64,000 bases of DNA from Octopus sinensis (taxonomy: Eukaryota): NCBI RefSeq assembly GCF_006345805.1, contig NC_043000.1, positions 17,112,001-17,176,000 on the forward strand. Reading direction: 5' to 3'. The notes under the pieces were generated by a model. The model was not told the DNA's origin, searched no databases, and saw only the letters and a program-made list of their open reading frames with translations. Positions 24,617-36,513 of this stretch are shown here, piece after piece. Every line of letters starts with the position of its first letter. Position 1 is the first letter of the stretch. Both the position numbers and the translations under genes were made by a program.

Positions 24617-24967
24617 ATTGTAAGTACAGGTTCTGTTCTTATGCCATTATCACTGAGATAACATAGACGTGAGAAAAATTTAAGTAGCTTACTGCAGAAT
24701 ATATGAATATATTAATTCTAAAGCAAGAATACATATTTCTAGCCTTTACGTAAACCGACTCTTAAGGATACAAATTTACATTTAGAAAGCTAAGTATCAC
24801 TACCTCGACGTAGTTAAGTCATTTCCAGTTTTGATGAAACTTCATTGGTGAAGTTACGTGGGACGCAAGCGTTGGCTATGCTTTCTGATTCGCCACAAGG
24901 CCAAGAATTTTGAGTGGAAGGGTTTTAATCGACTAAGGTGTTTGACTGGCATTTTATTGAACGACTC

Positions 24968-25275
24968 TTTGGGCAAGTGTCACGTACTATTACCTCGAAC
25001 CGGCCAAAGCCTTGTGAGTGGATTTAGTCGACGGAAACTAAAAGAAACCTGTCGTATGTGTGTGTGTGTGTGCGTGTGTGTCTCCCATCACCGCTTGACA
25101 ACCGGTGTTGGTGTGTTTATGTCCCTGTAACTTAGCAGCTCGGTAAAAGTGACCGATAGAATAGACATCAGGCTTAAAATATTGTACTAGGATCGATTCG
25201 TTCAATTAAAATTCTTCAAGACGGTGCCCCAGCATGGCTGCAGTCTAATGAGTGAAACAGGTAAAAGAATAAAGC
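24968..25275 (+). mobile_element. Divergent partial SINE A
   Basis: Family A core and tail with many substitutions. Confidence 0.7.
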
Positions 25276-25319
25276 AATAAAATGACCACAGTGGTTTTTC
25301 TCCTAAGAATATAAAGAAC

Positions 25320-25610
25320 AGGGACAAATACTGCTCGGCACTTTTCCCCGATGCCTTAACGATTTTGCCAACCCACCTATTTCTTTACTACCCACAAGGG
25401 GCCAAACACAGAGGGGACAAGCAAGGACAGACAAACGGATTAAGTCGATTCCATCGACCCCAGTGCGTAACTGGTACTTATTTAATCGACCCCGAAAGGA
25501 TGAAAGGCAAAGTCGACTCGGCGGAATTTGAACTCGGAATGTAGCGGCAGACGAAATACCGCTTAGCATTTCGCCCGGCGTGCTAACGATTCTGCCAGCT
25601 CGCCGCCTTC
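25320..25610 (-). mobile_element. SINE D followed by a divergent D-like head
   Basis: D consensus at 25377-25610; junction GAAATAG-GTGGGTTGGC on the minus strand. Confidence 0.85.
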
Positions 25611-26258
25611 GTTTAGATTAATTAGTGTCCCTAATTTAGGCACAAGGCCAGCAATTTTGAGGTGATGAATTTAGTACTGTAACATGCCAACACAACAGCA
25701 ATATGATAATCCACCCTAAGAGAACTATACGTACATTTGAGACACCACACTATAGAATTTGAGATAGAAACGACTTCGGTACTTTCGATTTTATCGACCC
25801 CTAAAGAGTGAAAGGCGGGATTTGAACTCAGAATGTAAAGAATCAGAACAAATATTTTAAAACATATATTCTATATTCTAACGATTTGTCCAGCTCGACG
25901 CCTTCTATTAGGCTAGTAATGGTTTCAAATTTTAGTACTAGGCCAGCAATTTCGGGCGAGGGTAGGTCGATTACATCGACTCAATGCTCAACTGGTGCTT
26001 ATTTTATCAACCGCAATATAATGAAAGGCAAAATCGACCCCGGTTGAATTGGAACCCAGAACGTAAAGACGGATGAAATGCCACTAAGCATTTTGCCCGG
26101 CGTGCTACCGTTTCTCCAAGTTTGCTGCCTTCCATTGGGCTAATAACGATAACAAGCAAATGGCTGAATGTTTTGGCAAGAGAACGAATGAATGAGCAAG
26201 CAGTAAAATAAATGGCGCCGAAAGGTTTTGTTGCTGATATAAAACCTTATTACTTATG

Positions 26259-26847
26259 AAGGCGGTGAGCTGGCAGAATCGTTAGCACGCCGGGCGAAAT
26301 GCGTAGCCGTATTTCGTTCTGAGTTCAAATTCCGCCGAGGTCGACTTTGCCTTTCATCCTTTCGGGGTCGATAAATTAAGTACCAGTTACGCACTGGGGT
26401 CAATGTAATTGACTTAATCCGTTTGTCTGTCCTTGCTTGTCCCCTCTGTGTTTAGCCCCTTGTGGGTAATAAAGAAATAGGTATTTTGTCCGTCTTTACG
26501 TTCTGAGTTCAAATTCCGCCGAGGTCGACTTTGCCTTTCATCCTTTCGGGGTCGATAAATTAAGTACCAGTTACGCACTGGGGTCAATGTAATCGACTTA
26601 ATCCGTTTGTTTGTCCTTGTTTGTCCCCTCTGTGTTTAGCCCCTTGTGGGTAGTAAAGAAATAGGTATTTCGTCTGCTGCTACGTTCTGAGTTCAAATTC
26701 CGCCAAGGTCGACTTTGCCTTTCATCCTTTCGGGGTCGATAAATTAAATACCAGTTACGCACTAGGGTCAATGTAATCGACTTAATCCGTTTGTCTGTCC
26801 TTGTTTGTCCTCTCTGTGTTTAGCCCCTTGTGGGTAGTAAAGAAATA
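26259..26847 (+). mobile_element. SINE D three-unit head-to-tail array
   Basis: Single outer 22-bp TSD GATATAAAACCTTATTACTTAT at 26236-26257 and 26848-26869; internal junctions GAAATAG-GTATTT. Confidence 0.93.
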
Positions 26848-27133
26848 GATATAAAACCTTATTACTTATTCACTTTATTCCTCGAGTTTTTTCCAGTTTG
26901 TAACACCAGATTTCTGTTTTTATCGATAAACCGGGAGCCGGAAACTTTAGACACCATTGTTGCTCGGGGAAACTGAACATGTATTTCCATATACGTTGCC
27001 CTTCTCCTTCAGTTTAAAGTTGGTTGCTGCTTCTAAATAAATATGCTCCAGCAATCCTGAGATTGACTGCATCTGAATGTCGCGCCAAAGGAGCACATGA
27101 TCAGTATGAATGTAATCCAATGTAGTTTACAAA

Positions 27134-27528
27134 TCTCTCTATATATAAAGCTGAAGCTGTCTGTGTATGGCAGGTTTGGTTGCCTTCAACTAACACTATC
27201 TCCTCTGAGACCCTGCGGCGCAAGTTGACCAAAATTGAGAGTATGACAGAAGAAGGCTTGCTCTTCCTTCCGTAGAAGAAAAAAAATCAAATCGGACCAT
27301 GTTAACACCAAAAATTATTTACATCAAAAAGGTGCTTTTTTTTCTATGAAAATCCCTATTTTTTACGATTTTTTTGACTGTTGTGTCGCCATTTTTCGGT
27401 GTATTTCAACCAGAAAAATGTTCACTTAAAAAGAATAACAAGCTACATAATGCAAAATTTTTACTTTTCAAAAATTCCAATACTAAAGGGTCGAAACAAA
27501 CCCGAGCAACGCCGGGCGATACTGCTAG
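27134..27528 (+). mobile_element. Non-autonomous Helitron, second subfamily (same 3' end, different body)
   Basis: A|TCTCTCTATATATAAAGC ... CCCGAGCAACGCCGGGCGATACTGCTAG|T. Confidence 0.85.
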
Positions 27529-27762
27529 TCAACGTAATATTGCAACTGCTACATAGGACACATCAAATAAGTACACACAAGACCACATCAGCAAGTGCAG
27601 TAATCTCATACACAAAAATGAAGGGTGCATTGCAAAGGTGAAAATCATTAGAAAGCAGAAAGCAAATCTCAACCTGTTACAGAGCTGAATACGTGTCCCG
27701 AACAACAAAGGTATATGACTCCCAATTCATCGATGAGAACAAAAGTCTGTCTGATATCTTTA

Positions 27763-28160
27763 TCTTTATATATAAAAGAGAAGTTGTGTGTTTGTCTCCT
27801 ACGATTTAGATTCCTAACTACTCCCACATTTTGCGGTGCAGTTTAACCAAAACCGGGTATCTTATAGTCGTGATTCATATCGAGCCCTTCTGGGTATTAG
27901 CGCGCGTCTACGATGAGTCTACGATTTTAAAAATAATTTACCATAATTTTTTTTCCATTTTAATGCATTTTTCGCTATTATATAAGGGAAGTAACTCTCT
28001 AAAAATGTCTACGATGAGTCAACGATTTAAAAAAAATTTTACCACAATTTTTTTTCCATTTTTAATGCATTCTTTTGCTATTTTTTGGCTATAACTCTCT
28101 AAAAATGCTTATATAGTTATTTCCCTTACAAACCCGAGCAACGCCGGGTGATACTGCTAG
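27763..28160 (+). mobile_element. Non-autonomous Helitron (family of 5500-5983)
   Basis: A|TCTTTATATATAAAAG ... ATACTGCTAG|T. Confidence 0.9.
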
Positions 28161-28331
28161 TATAAAATAAGCAACGAAACTTATACGGCAACTAGGTTTC
28201 ATGTTGCCAATTATTTTATGATTTGTTCATTCAGTTGTTCGTTTGCTTATATTTACAAACCTATTCATTGCTTAGGTTCCACATGACTGCACCGACCTAT
28301 TACCCCAACCACACACGCACATACGTATGTA

Positions 28332-28725
28332 TACTCTTTTGTTTCAGTCATTTGACTGCGGCCATGCTGGAGCACCGCCTTTAGTCGAGCAAATCGACCC
28401 CGGGACTTATTCTTTGTAAGCCCAGTACTTATTCTATCAGTCTCTTTTGCCGAACCGCTAAGTGACGGGGACGTAAACACACCAGCATCGGTTGTCAAGT
28501 AATGCTAGGGGGACAAACACAGACACACAAACACACACACATACATATATATATATACATATATACGACAGGCTTCTTTCAGTTTCCGTCTACCAAATCC
28601 ACTCACAAGGCATTGGTCGGCCCGGGGCTATAGCAGAAGACACTTGCCCAAGATGCCACGCAGTGGGACTGAACCCGGAACCATGTGGTTGGTTAGCAAG
28701 CTACTTACCACACAGCCACTCCTGT
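28332..28725 (-). mobile_element. SINE A
   Basis: Matches the family A consensus. Confidence 0.92.
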
Positions 28726-29579
28726 GTATTATATATGTACATATGTTGTGTGTGCGCGTTTTGTGTGTTTGTGTATATGCTGTGTTGTGTTGTGTTGTGT
28801 ATGTGTGTATTGTAAAAGTAAGTTCAGGTGGCACGCGTTATCTTGGAATTGCTTTGAGCGATTTCATTCATGAAAAAGAATCACACGGACCAGATGAAGC
28901 TGAAACAAGAATCGAGTCAGAAGTACGAATTTTAGACGAGAAATATTTGAATGTTTTATCACTGTGCTTTAAAGTTAATAGAACTGATCGCAGATTCTTT
29001 TCAATAAAATGAACCAAGAGGATATGGATTGCGCAATATTTTAATTGGTTGCTTCAGGCAGAGGTAAAACTGCTCTATTTGTAGCCATTGAAAAAGCAAC
29101 AGATTTGTGTGGCGAACGAACAACACATGGCGGATTTATACGTTCTATTTCTATCCTATTTCCTCAAACTGTAGTCGTGCTAACTCTTCAGCTTTCCTGC
29201 TCATTGTTAACGAGCGTCCGTGCTGTCCTCAAAGGCTCTCAAATTGTATACCACGCTTCTAATGGAGATAATTGGGAATGACAAAGTGTTAGGAGGCAAA
29301 AATATCCTTCTCTGAGGAACATTCCATCAAACAGTGAATGCAATTCCAAAAAGCTCAAATGTAATATCATCGAGTCAGGCATCAAGCTACTGCCATTTTA
29401 GATATATGTGGAGATATGTGTAAAATTTAAAAGTTTTAGTAGCATGAATTCTCGACGTGACGACTTCTCAAATTTATGATGGAACTGTACAAAATGATGT
29501 GTTGTGATATGGTCGTGGGACATGTAACTGGATAAATATATGGCGAATCCATCGATGTCATAACTGAAGTATTTAGACG

Positions 29580-29815
29580 GAAAGTTTCAACATAGAAGAA
29601 GGAAGGATCCCATTCAGTCATAACTGACCATGGGATTGCACCTAGAAAGTCACCATTCGAGGCACAATTCCAGGCAATGTTGTTTATGGAAGAACAGCAG
29701 TCACCCATGCATACCAGTTTCCCTTCTCCACGCGACCAATGTTATCCAAGAGAAAGGCAATGGCCGATAAAGCTTGGCATTAGTGACGTCGCAACTCATT
29801 TCTACAGATGAGTGA
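29580..29815 (-). mobile_element. Divergent SINE C, 3' half
   Basis: Homologous to other C copies. Confidence 0.75.
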
Positions 29816-29919
29816 TGAATGAAACCGCGTAAAGCAATTCCAAGATGACCTTACTTTTATAACACACACACACACACACAGACAGACAGGAATACTTACA
29901 TATATAATACACACACATA

Positions 29920-30150
29920 AGGCGGCGAGCTGGCAGAATCGTTAGCACGCCGGGCGAAATGCGTAGCCGTATTTCGTCTGCCGTTACGTTGTGAGTTCAA
30001 ATTCCGCCGAAGTCGACTTTGCCTTTCATCCTTTCGGGGTCGATAAATTAAGTACTAGTTACGCACTGGGGTCGATATAATCGACTTAATCCGTTTGTCT
30101 GTCCTTGTTTGTCCCCTCTGTGTTTAGCCCCTTGTGGGTAATAAAGAAAT
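29920..30150 (+). mobile_element. SINE D monomer, full length
   Basis: 20-bp TSD ATATATAATACACACACATA at 29900-29919 and 30151-30170. Confidence 0.95.
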
Positions 30151-30212
30151 ATATATAATACACACACATACGTATGTGCGTGTGTGAATGTATTGTTAGG
30201 GTAATAGGTCGG

Positions 30213-30345
30213 TGAAGACGCATGGCTCAGTGGTTAGAGCGTCGGGCTCAATCATGAGGTAGTGAGTTCGATTCCCGGACAGGGCTGTGTGTTGTGTTCC
30301 TGAGCAAGACACTTTATTTCACGTTGCTCCAGTTCACTCAACATA
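30213..30345 (+). mobile_element. SINE C head fragment
   Basis: TGGCTCAGTGGTTAG A-box and GAGTTCGATTCCC B-box. Confidence 0.8.
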
Positions 30346-30963
30346 GATGTATCTCACAAGACCAACCACAGATGCATTAATGCTCAACAGCCAATTACTG
30401 GACTGTATTCCCGCCGATGTCATAAAACCAAAAGTGTAGACTCACAATTTGATGATGATGAGGAGGAATTGGTAATAAATTTCTGTATTGAGTCCTTGAA
30501 TGTAACTAACCTTATCAAGGCTGCCGTGTGTGTGTGTGTGTGCGTGTATGCACGAGTGCCTACGTGTATATCAGTAGCGTGTAGTGTTGGTTTGGGCCGA
30601 TTTGTATCGTCCGTACATCCTACACACACCACGTTGTGCACACACTGTTCAACACACACACACACACACACACACACGTATGTATGTATGTATGCATGTA
30701 ATTATGTGGGTGCGTATGAGTGTATATACTGCGTGTGTCTGTGTCGGTATGTATACATACATATATCTTGTGCGAGGTTTTCGTTTTTGTAATGGCGTAG
30801 TCAGTTGGAAAAGGGCTGCATCCACGACCTTTCAGGAACTTCATGATTGATGGGAGGAAGTTATCCTCCGATCGGAGATCTGGCTAAAATGCCAGCATCA
30901 GAGTGGACTCCGATAAAGGCATCAAAGAGCCAGGAAATGACATTAAAATGGGCGATTGATTAA

Positions 30964-30984
<21 letters not shown>

Positions 30985-30994
<10 letters not shown>

Positions 30995-31642
30995 ACTTAA
31001 CTGGCATTCTGTCAGTGATGATGATGAGCGTTCCAGTTGATTCGATCGACGAAACAGCCAGCACGCGCTCTACTATAGCTAGAGTGTGTGCCGCCCGGAG
31101 CGGCCCTTCCGTTTGCCAACCGCCGGACCCTACGAAAAACACATATTGCTTAAAAGCAGACTAAAACGTGCCTCCCGGAAAGGAATGCTCCCCACTCCCA
31201 GCTACACTAGTGTACTCTCGATATTAACGCTCAAGTGGTTAAGCAATCCACGTGAACCCTTAACGGAAATTCAGCATGACACAGGATGCAATATGATCGG
31301 CCCTTTGAAATACAGGACCAACACATTTTTGCCAGCTGAGTGGATTGGAGCAACATGAAATAAAATACAGTTCTATATTTAAGAGATGAGGAATTATGTA
31401 CATTATTTACATTTGGCGGATATTTGTCTTCATCTTATTTGTTGCTAACCTTTCGGCTGATATACCCTCCAGCCTTCATCAGGTGACTTGGGGAAATTTC
31501 GAACCTGGGTTCTTATTCCTAAGGTATTTTTCGATGTTGTTGTTGTTATTATCATTATTATCATTATTATCATTATTAATATTATTATCATTATTATCAT
31601 TATTATTATCATTATTATTATTATTATTAATATTATTATTAA

Positions 31643-31722
<80 letters not shown>

Positions 31723-31890
31723 TTATTCAGGTCACTGCTTGGAATCGAACTCCGAATCTTGGGGTTAGCAGCCCGCGCTCTTAACCACTGCACCATATGC
31801 CCGTGTCATGCTCAAGGAAACAATGCTCCGCCAAGAATCGAACTCACGACCTTACTATCGTGAGCCGAATACCTTAACCACTGAGCCACG
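30985..31890 (-). mobile_element. Old C-head/B-tail SINE carrying two nested insertions (31068-31219 and 31369-31802)
   Basis: C-type head at ~31806-31890 and core at ~31325-31365; B-type tail at 30990-31067 and 31220-31320. Confidence 0.7.
31369..31802 (-). mobile_element. Family E: tRNA-like head + (AAT)n + tail containing a hammerhead core
   Basis: Minus strand: GGGCATATGGTGCAGTGGTTAAG (A box) ... GGAGTTCGATTCC (B box), (TAC/AAT)n, then CTGATGA-A-GGCTG(GAGGGTATAT)CAGCC-GAAA at 31482-31451. Confidence 0.75.
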
Positions 31891-32481
31891 CGCCTTCACA
31901 GCATATTTAGTATATTGGATCCAAGAAATGGAACAGCCCCCTCCGATGGGTTTCCACATAGCCCCTGAGCATCTAACAAATTTTGTTCATGAAGTATGGC
32001 TCGACCTGAAGATATCTTCTTCTTTTACTTGTTTCAGCCATTGGACTGCAGCCATAGTAGGGCACCGCCTTGAATGTTTAGCGAAACAAATCGACCCTTA
32101 GTTTTGAAGTCTGGGACTTATTCATCGGTCTCTTTTGTTGAACTGCTAACTTACGCAGATTAATGCAAACACAAACACACACACACACACACACACGTAT
32201 GTATGTATGTATGCATGTAATTATGTGGGTGCGTATGAGTGTATATACTGCGTGTGTCTGTGTCGGTATGTATACATACATATATCTTGTGCGAGGTTTT
32301 CGTTTTTGTAATGGCGTAGTCAGTTGGAAAAGGGCTGCATCCACGACCTTTCAGGAACTTCATGATTGATGGGAGGAAGTTATCCTCCGATCGGAGATCT
32401 GGCTAAAATGCCAGCATCAGAGTGGACTCCGATAAAGGCATCAAAGAGCCAGGAATGACATTAAAATGGGCGATTGATTAA

Positions 32482-32515
<34 letters not shown>

Positions 32516-32887
32516 CTTAACTGGCATTCTGTCAGTGATGATGATGAGCGTTCCAGTTGATTCGATCGACGAAACAGCCAGCACGCGCTCTACTATAGCT
32601 AGAGTGTGTGCCGCCCGGAGCGGCCCTTCCGTTTGCCAACCGCCGGACCCTACGAAAAACACATATTGCTTAAAAGCAGACTAAAACGTGCCTCCCGGAA
32701 AGGAATGCTCCCCACTCCCAGCTACACTAGTGTACTCTCGATATTAACGCTCAAGTGGTTAAGCAATCCACGTGAACCCTTAACGAAATTCAGCATGACA
32801 CAGGATGCAATATGATCGGCCCTTTGAAATACAGGACCAACACATTTTTGCCAGCTGAGTGGATTGGAGCAACATGAAATAAAATAC

Positions 32888-33196
32888 AGTTCTATATTTA
32901 AGAGATGAGGAATTATGTACATTATTTACATTTGGCGGATATTTGTCTTCATCTTATTTGTTGCTAACCTTTCGGCTGATATACCCTCCAGCCTTCATCA
33001 GGTGACTTGGGGAAATTTCGAACCTGGGTTCTTATTCCTAAGGTATTTTTCGATGTTGTTGTTGTTATTATCATTATTATCATTATTATCATTATTAATA
33101 TTATTATCATTATTATCATTATTATATTATTATTATTATTATTATTAATATTATTATTAATATATTATTATTATTATTATTATTATTATATTATTA

Positions 33197-33270
<74 letters not shown>

Positions 33271-33350
33271 TTATTCAGGTCACTGCTTGGAATCGAACTC
33301 CGAATCTTGGGGTTAGCAGCCCGCGCTCTTAACCACTGCACCATATGCCC
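32888..33350 (-). mobile_element. Family E, duplicated copy
   Basis: Same layout; HHR core at 33001-32970. Confidence 0.75.
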
Positions 33351-33559
33351 GTGTCATGCTCAAGGAAACAATGCTCCGCCAAGAATCGAACTCACGACCT
33401 TACTATCGTGAGCCGAATACCTTAACCACTGAGCCACGCGCCTTCACAGCATATTTAGTATATTGGATCCAAGAAATGGAACAGCCCCCTCCGATGGGTT
33501 TCCACATAGCCCCTGAGCATCTAACAAATTTTGTTCATGAAGTATGGCTCGACCTGAAG

Positions 33560-33719
33560 ATATCATTTTCTTCTACTTGTTTCAGTCATTGGACTGCAGC
33601 CATAGTAGGGCACCGCCTTGAATGTTTAGCGAAACAAATCGACCCTTAGTTTTGAAGTCTGGGACTTATTCATCGGTCTCTTTTGTTGAACTGCTAACTT
33701 ACGCAGATTAATGCAAACA

Positions 33720-33769
<50 letters not shown>

Positions 33770-33950
33770 CGCGCATTTATGTATATACATATTGAGCTTC
33801 AACATGGTTTCTGTTTACAAAATGTATTCACGAGACACTGGTCTGTCCGAGTCTATAGTAAAAGACACTTTCCGAAGATGCCGCGCATTGGAACTGAACC
33901 CCAAATCATGTGGTTGCAAAGCGAACTTCTTAACCACACTCATACCTGTA
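33560..33950 (-). mobile_element. Divergent SINE A whose internal (CA)n forms the duplication boundary
   Basis: Tail at 33560-33720 and head at ~33800-33950; the tail alone is duplicated at 32015-32175. Confidence 0.75.
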
Positions 33951-34039
33951 AAGATGCTCAGAATATCGTGTTGTGGGATCGAACCCTAAACCATACAAAT
34001 ACGAAATGAACTTCTTATTCGCTCAGTTAATGCTTGAAC

Positions 34040-34209
34040 CAGTGGTTCCCAACCTGTGGTCCGCGAACCCCAGGTCGCCCGCAAAGGTAGTACAGGGGGG
34101 GGGGGCGTGAACATGTTAAGCTGACAGATATTTAAATATCCTGGGGTCCGTGGGAAAACTCATTTAAATAAAAGGGGTCGTTGGCAGTGGAAAAGGTAGG
34201 GAACCACTG
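34040..34209. mobile_element. hAT/Charlie-like MITE (170 bp)
   Basis: TIRs CAGTGGTTCCCAACCT and AGGTAGGGAACCACTG; TSD not conserved. Confidence 0.8.
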
Positions 34210-34354
34210 CTCTACACGTATGTACGCATATGTTTAACGATTTTCTCTGCGATGAAGAAAGAGCCAGTTTCTAGCCTAGGAGCAAGACTCTTTCATCGGC
34301 ATTTAGACAACATAAACAAGTCAATCTTGAATGAATGAATGAATGGATATATCT

Positions 34355-34727
34355 TTTATCTATTACGTGTCTCAGTCATTAGACTACGGCCATGCTGGGG
34401 CACCACTTTGAAGAATTTTTAGTGGCATGTATCGACCCCAGGTGCTTATTTTTTAAAAGCCTGCTACTTATTCTATCGGCTACTTTTGCCGAACCGCTAG
34501 ATGACGACGATGTAAACAGACCAGCACCCGTTATCAAACGGTCGTGGGGCACACACACACACACACACACACGATGGGCTTCTTTCAGTTTCTTTCTACC
34601 AAATCCACTCACAAGGCTTTGGTCAGCTCGTGGTTATAGAAGAAGACACTTGCCTAAGGTTCCACGAGTGGGACTGAACCCGGAACCATGTGGTTGAGAA
34701 GCAAGCTTCTTACCACACATCCACGCC
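34355..34727 (-). mobile_element. Divergent SINE A
   Basis: Matches family A. Confidence 0.82.
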
Positions 34728-34910
34728 CATGTATGTATGTATGTATGTATGTATGTATGTATGTATTATGTATGTATGTATGTATGTATGTACGTACGTA
34801 TGTATGTATGTATGTATGTATGCATGTATGTACGTATGTACGTACGTACGTACGTATGTATGTATGTATTTATATATGTATGTATGTATGTATGTTTGTA
34901 TTTATGTATG

Positions 34911-34944
<34 letters not shown>

Positions 34945-35302
34945 TGTATGTATGTATGAATGTACGTACGTACGTATGTATGTATGTATGTATGTATGTA
35001 TGTATGTTTGTATGTATGTACGTACGTACGTATGTACGTACGTATGTATGTATGTATGTATGTATGTATGTATGTATGTATGTATGTTTGTATGTATGTA
35101 TGTACGTACGTACGTACGTACGTACGTAGTATGTATGTATGTATGTGTATGTATGTATGTATGCATGTATGTATATATGAACGTGTATATAATGTATGTA
35201 TGTATGTATGCACGTATGTATGTACGTATGTACGTACGTACGTACGTATGTATGTATGTATTTATATATGTATGTATGTATGTATGTTTGTATTTATGTA
35301 TG

Positions 35303-35336
<34 letters not shown>

Positions 35337-35576
35337 TGTATGTATGTATGAATGTACGTACGTACGTATGTATGTATGTATGTATGTATGTATGTATGTA
35401 TGTTTGTATGTATGTACGTACGTACGTATGTACGTACGTATGTATGTATGTATGTATGTATGTATGTATGTATGTATGTATGTTTGTATGTATGTATGTA
35501 CGTACGTACGTACGTACGTACGTACGTATGTATGTATGTATGTATGTATGTATGTATGTATGTATGTATGTATGCA
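34728..35576. repeat. (TATG)/(TACG)n tetranucleotide array with a ~392-bp higher-order duplication
   Basis: Variant block ATTTATATATG...TTTGTATTTATG recurs at 34868 and 35260. Confidence 0.95.
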
Positions 35577-35984
35577 TGGTGCAAATTGTATTAAACGGTG
35601 CACCTGTTTGTAAATATGTGCTGTGTGTATTATTATACATGAGCGGATTGAGACGGATCAGTAAACACTTTATCTTTATCCTCTTTTCCCTTCCACTTCT
35701 TTCCTTTCTTATCCTCCATCGCTTCCAAAATACGCACACATTCACGCATGCGCACACACATACTGCTTCACCAGTCTCCCTTTCTCTTAATGCTTCCTGA
35801 TCCATTTTCCGGCTCTTCCCTTCTCACGTCTCAATTGTTATCAATGAACCGCTCTCCCTTCCTCGCTCTCTCTCTCTCTCTCCCACCGCTCTAGACTTCC
35901 CTTATCCTCTCTCAGTTTCTATCAACCAATAGCTATACCTTTTCTCGTCTAAACACATAAGTATACATACATTAGTACACACAC

Positions 35985-36011
35985 ATATCTATCTATCTAT
36001 CTATCTATCTA

Positions 36012-36078
<67 letters not shown>

Positions 36079-36108
36079 CTATCTATCTATCTATCTCTCT
36101 CTCTCTCT

Positions 36109-36198
<90 letters not shown>
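35985..36198. repeat. (TATC)n-(CT)n-(TA)n compound microsatellite
   Basis: Directly visible. Confidence 0.95.
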
Positions 36199-36199
<1 letters not shown>

Positions 36200-36513
36200 G
36201 ATCGAACAGATTAAATGTATTCTAGCCGTGACCATCCACTCATGTCTTTGCCAGTTAAGTATTCATTGAACTAAATTCCTGATGCGATTTCGAGAAACCT
36301 GGCTGTTATTTCTAACAGATATATAGACCGAGAGAATATCTCTGCTTGTTCGCGACTACAAGAGAACCTAAAATAATAAGCGAAAGCATAGTGAAGCTAC
36401 CTAGCCACATTCGCTTGCAGGTGACGGCTATGATTTCTTTTTCTTGAATGACCAGCAACTATAATGACCAGCTATATAACATAGCTGCGTTTTTATTGGC
36501 TCTTATTTAGATA

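Larger units (their letters stand above)
30654..33767. repeat. Near-identical tandem duplication, ~1.52-kb unit bounded by three (CA)n arrays
   Basis: Offset 1519 at the start (30678 vs 32197); few SNPs or indels; differences mostly in microsatellite length. Confidence 0.95.

Noticed and set aside
26900-27130. Minus-strand 54-codon frame weakly resembling a MULE transposase (LLWRDIQ...GL)
   Set aside because: Similarity too weak to support a call.
34688-35805. Longest ORFs in the track (370 and 311 aa) and similar YI/CV/HT/LS-rich ORFs throughout
   Set aside because: Translations of microsatellites that lack stop codons.
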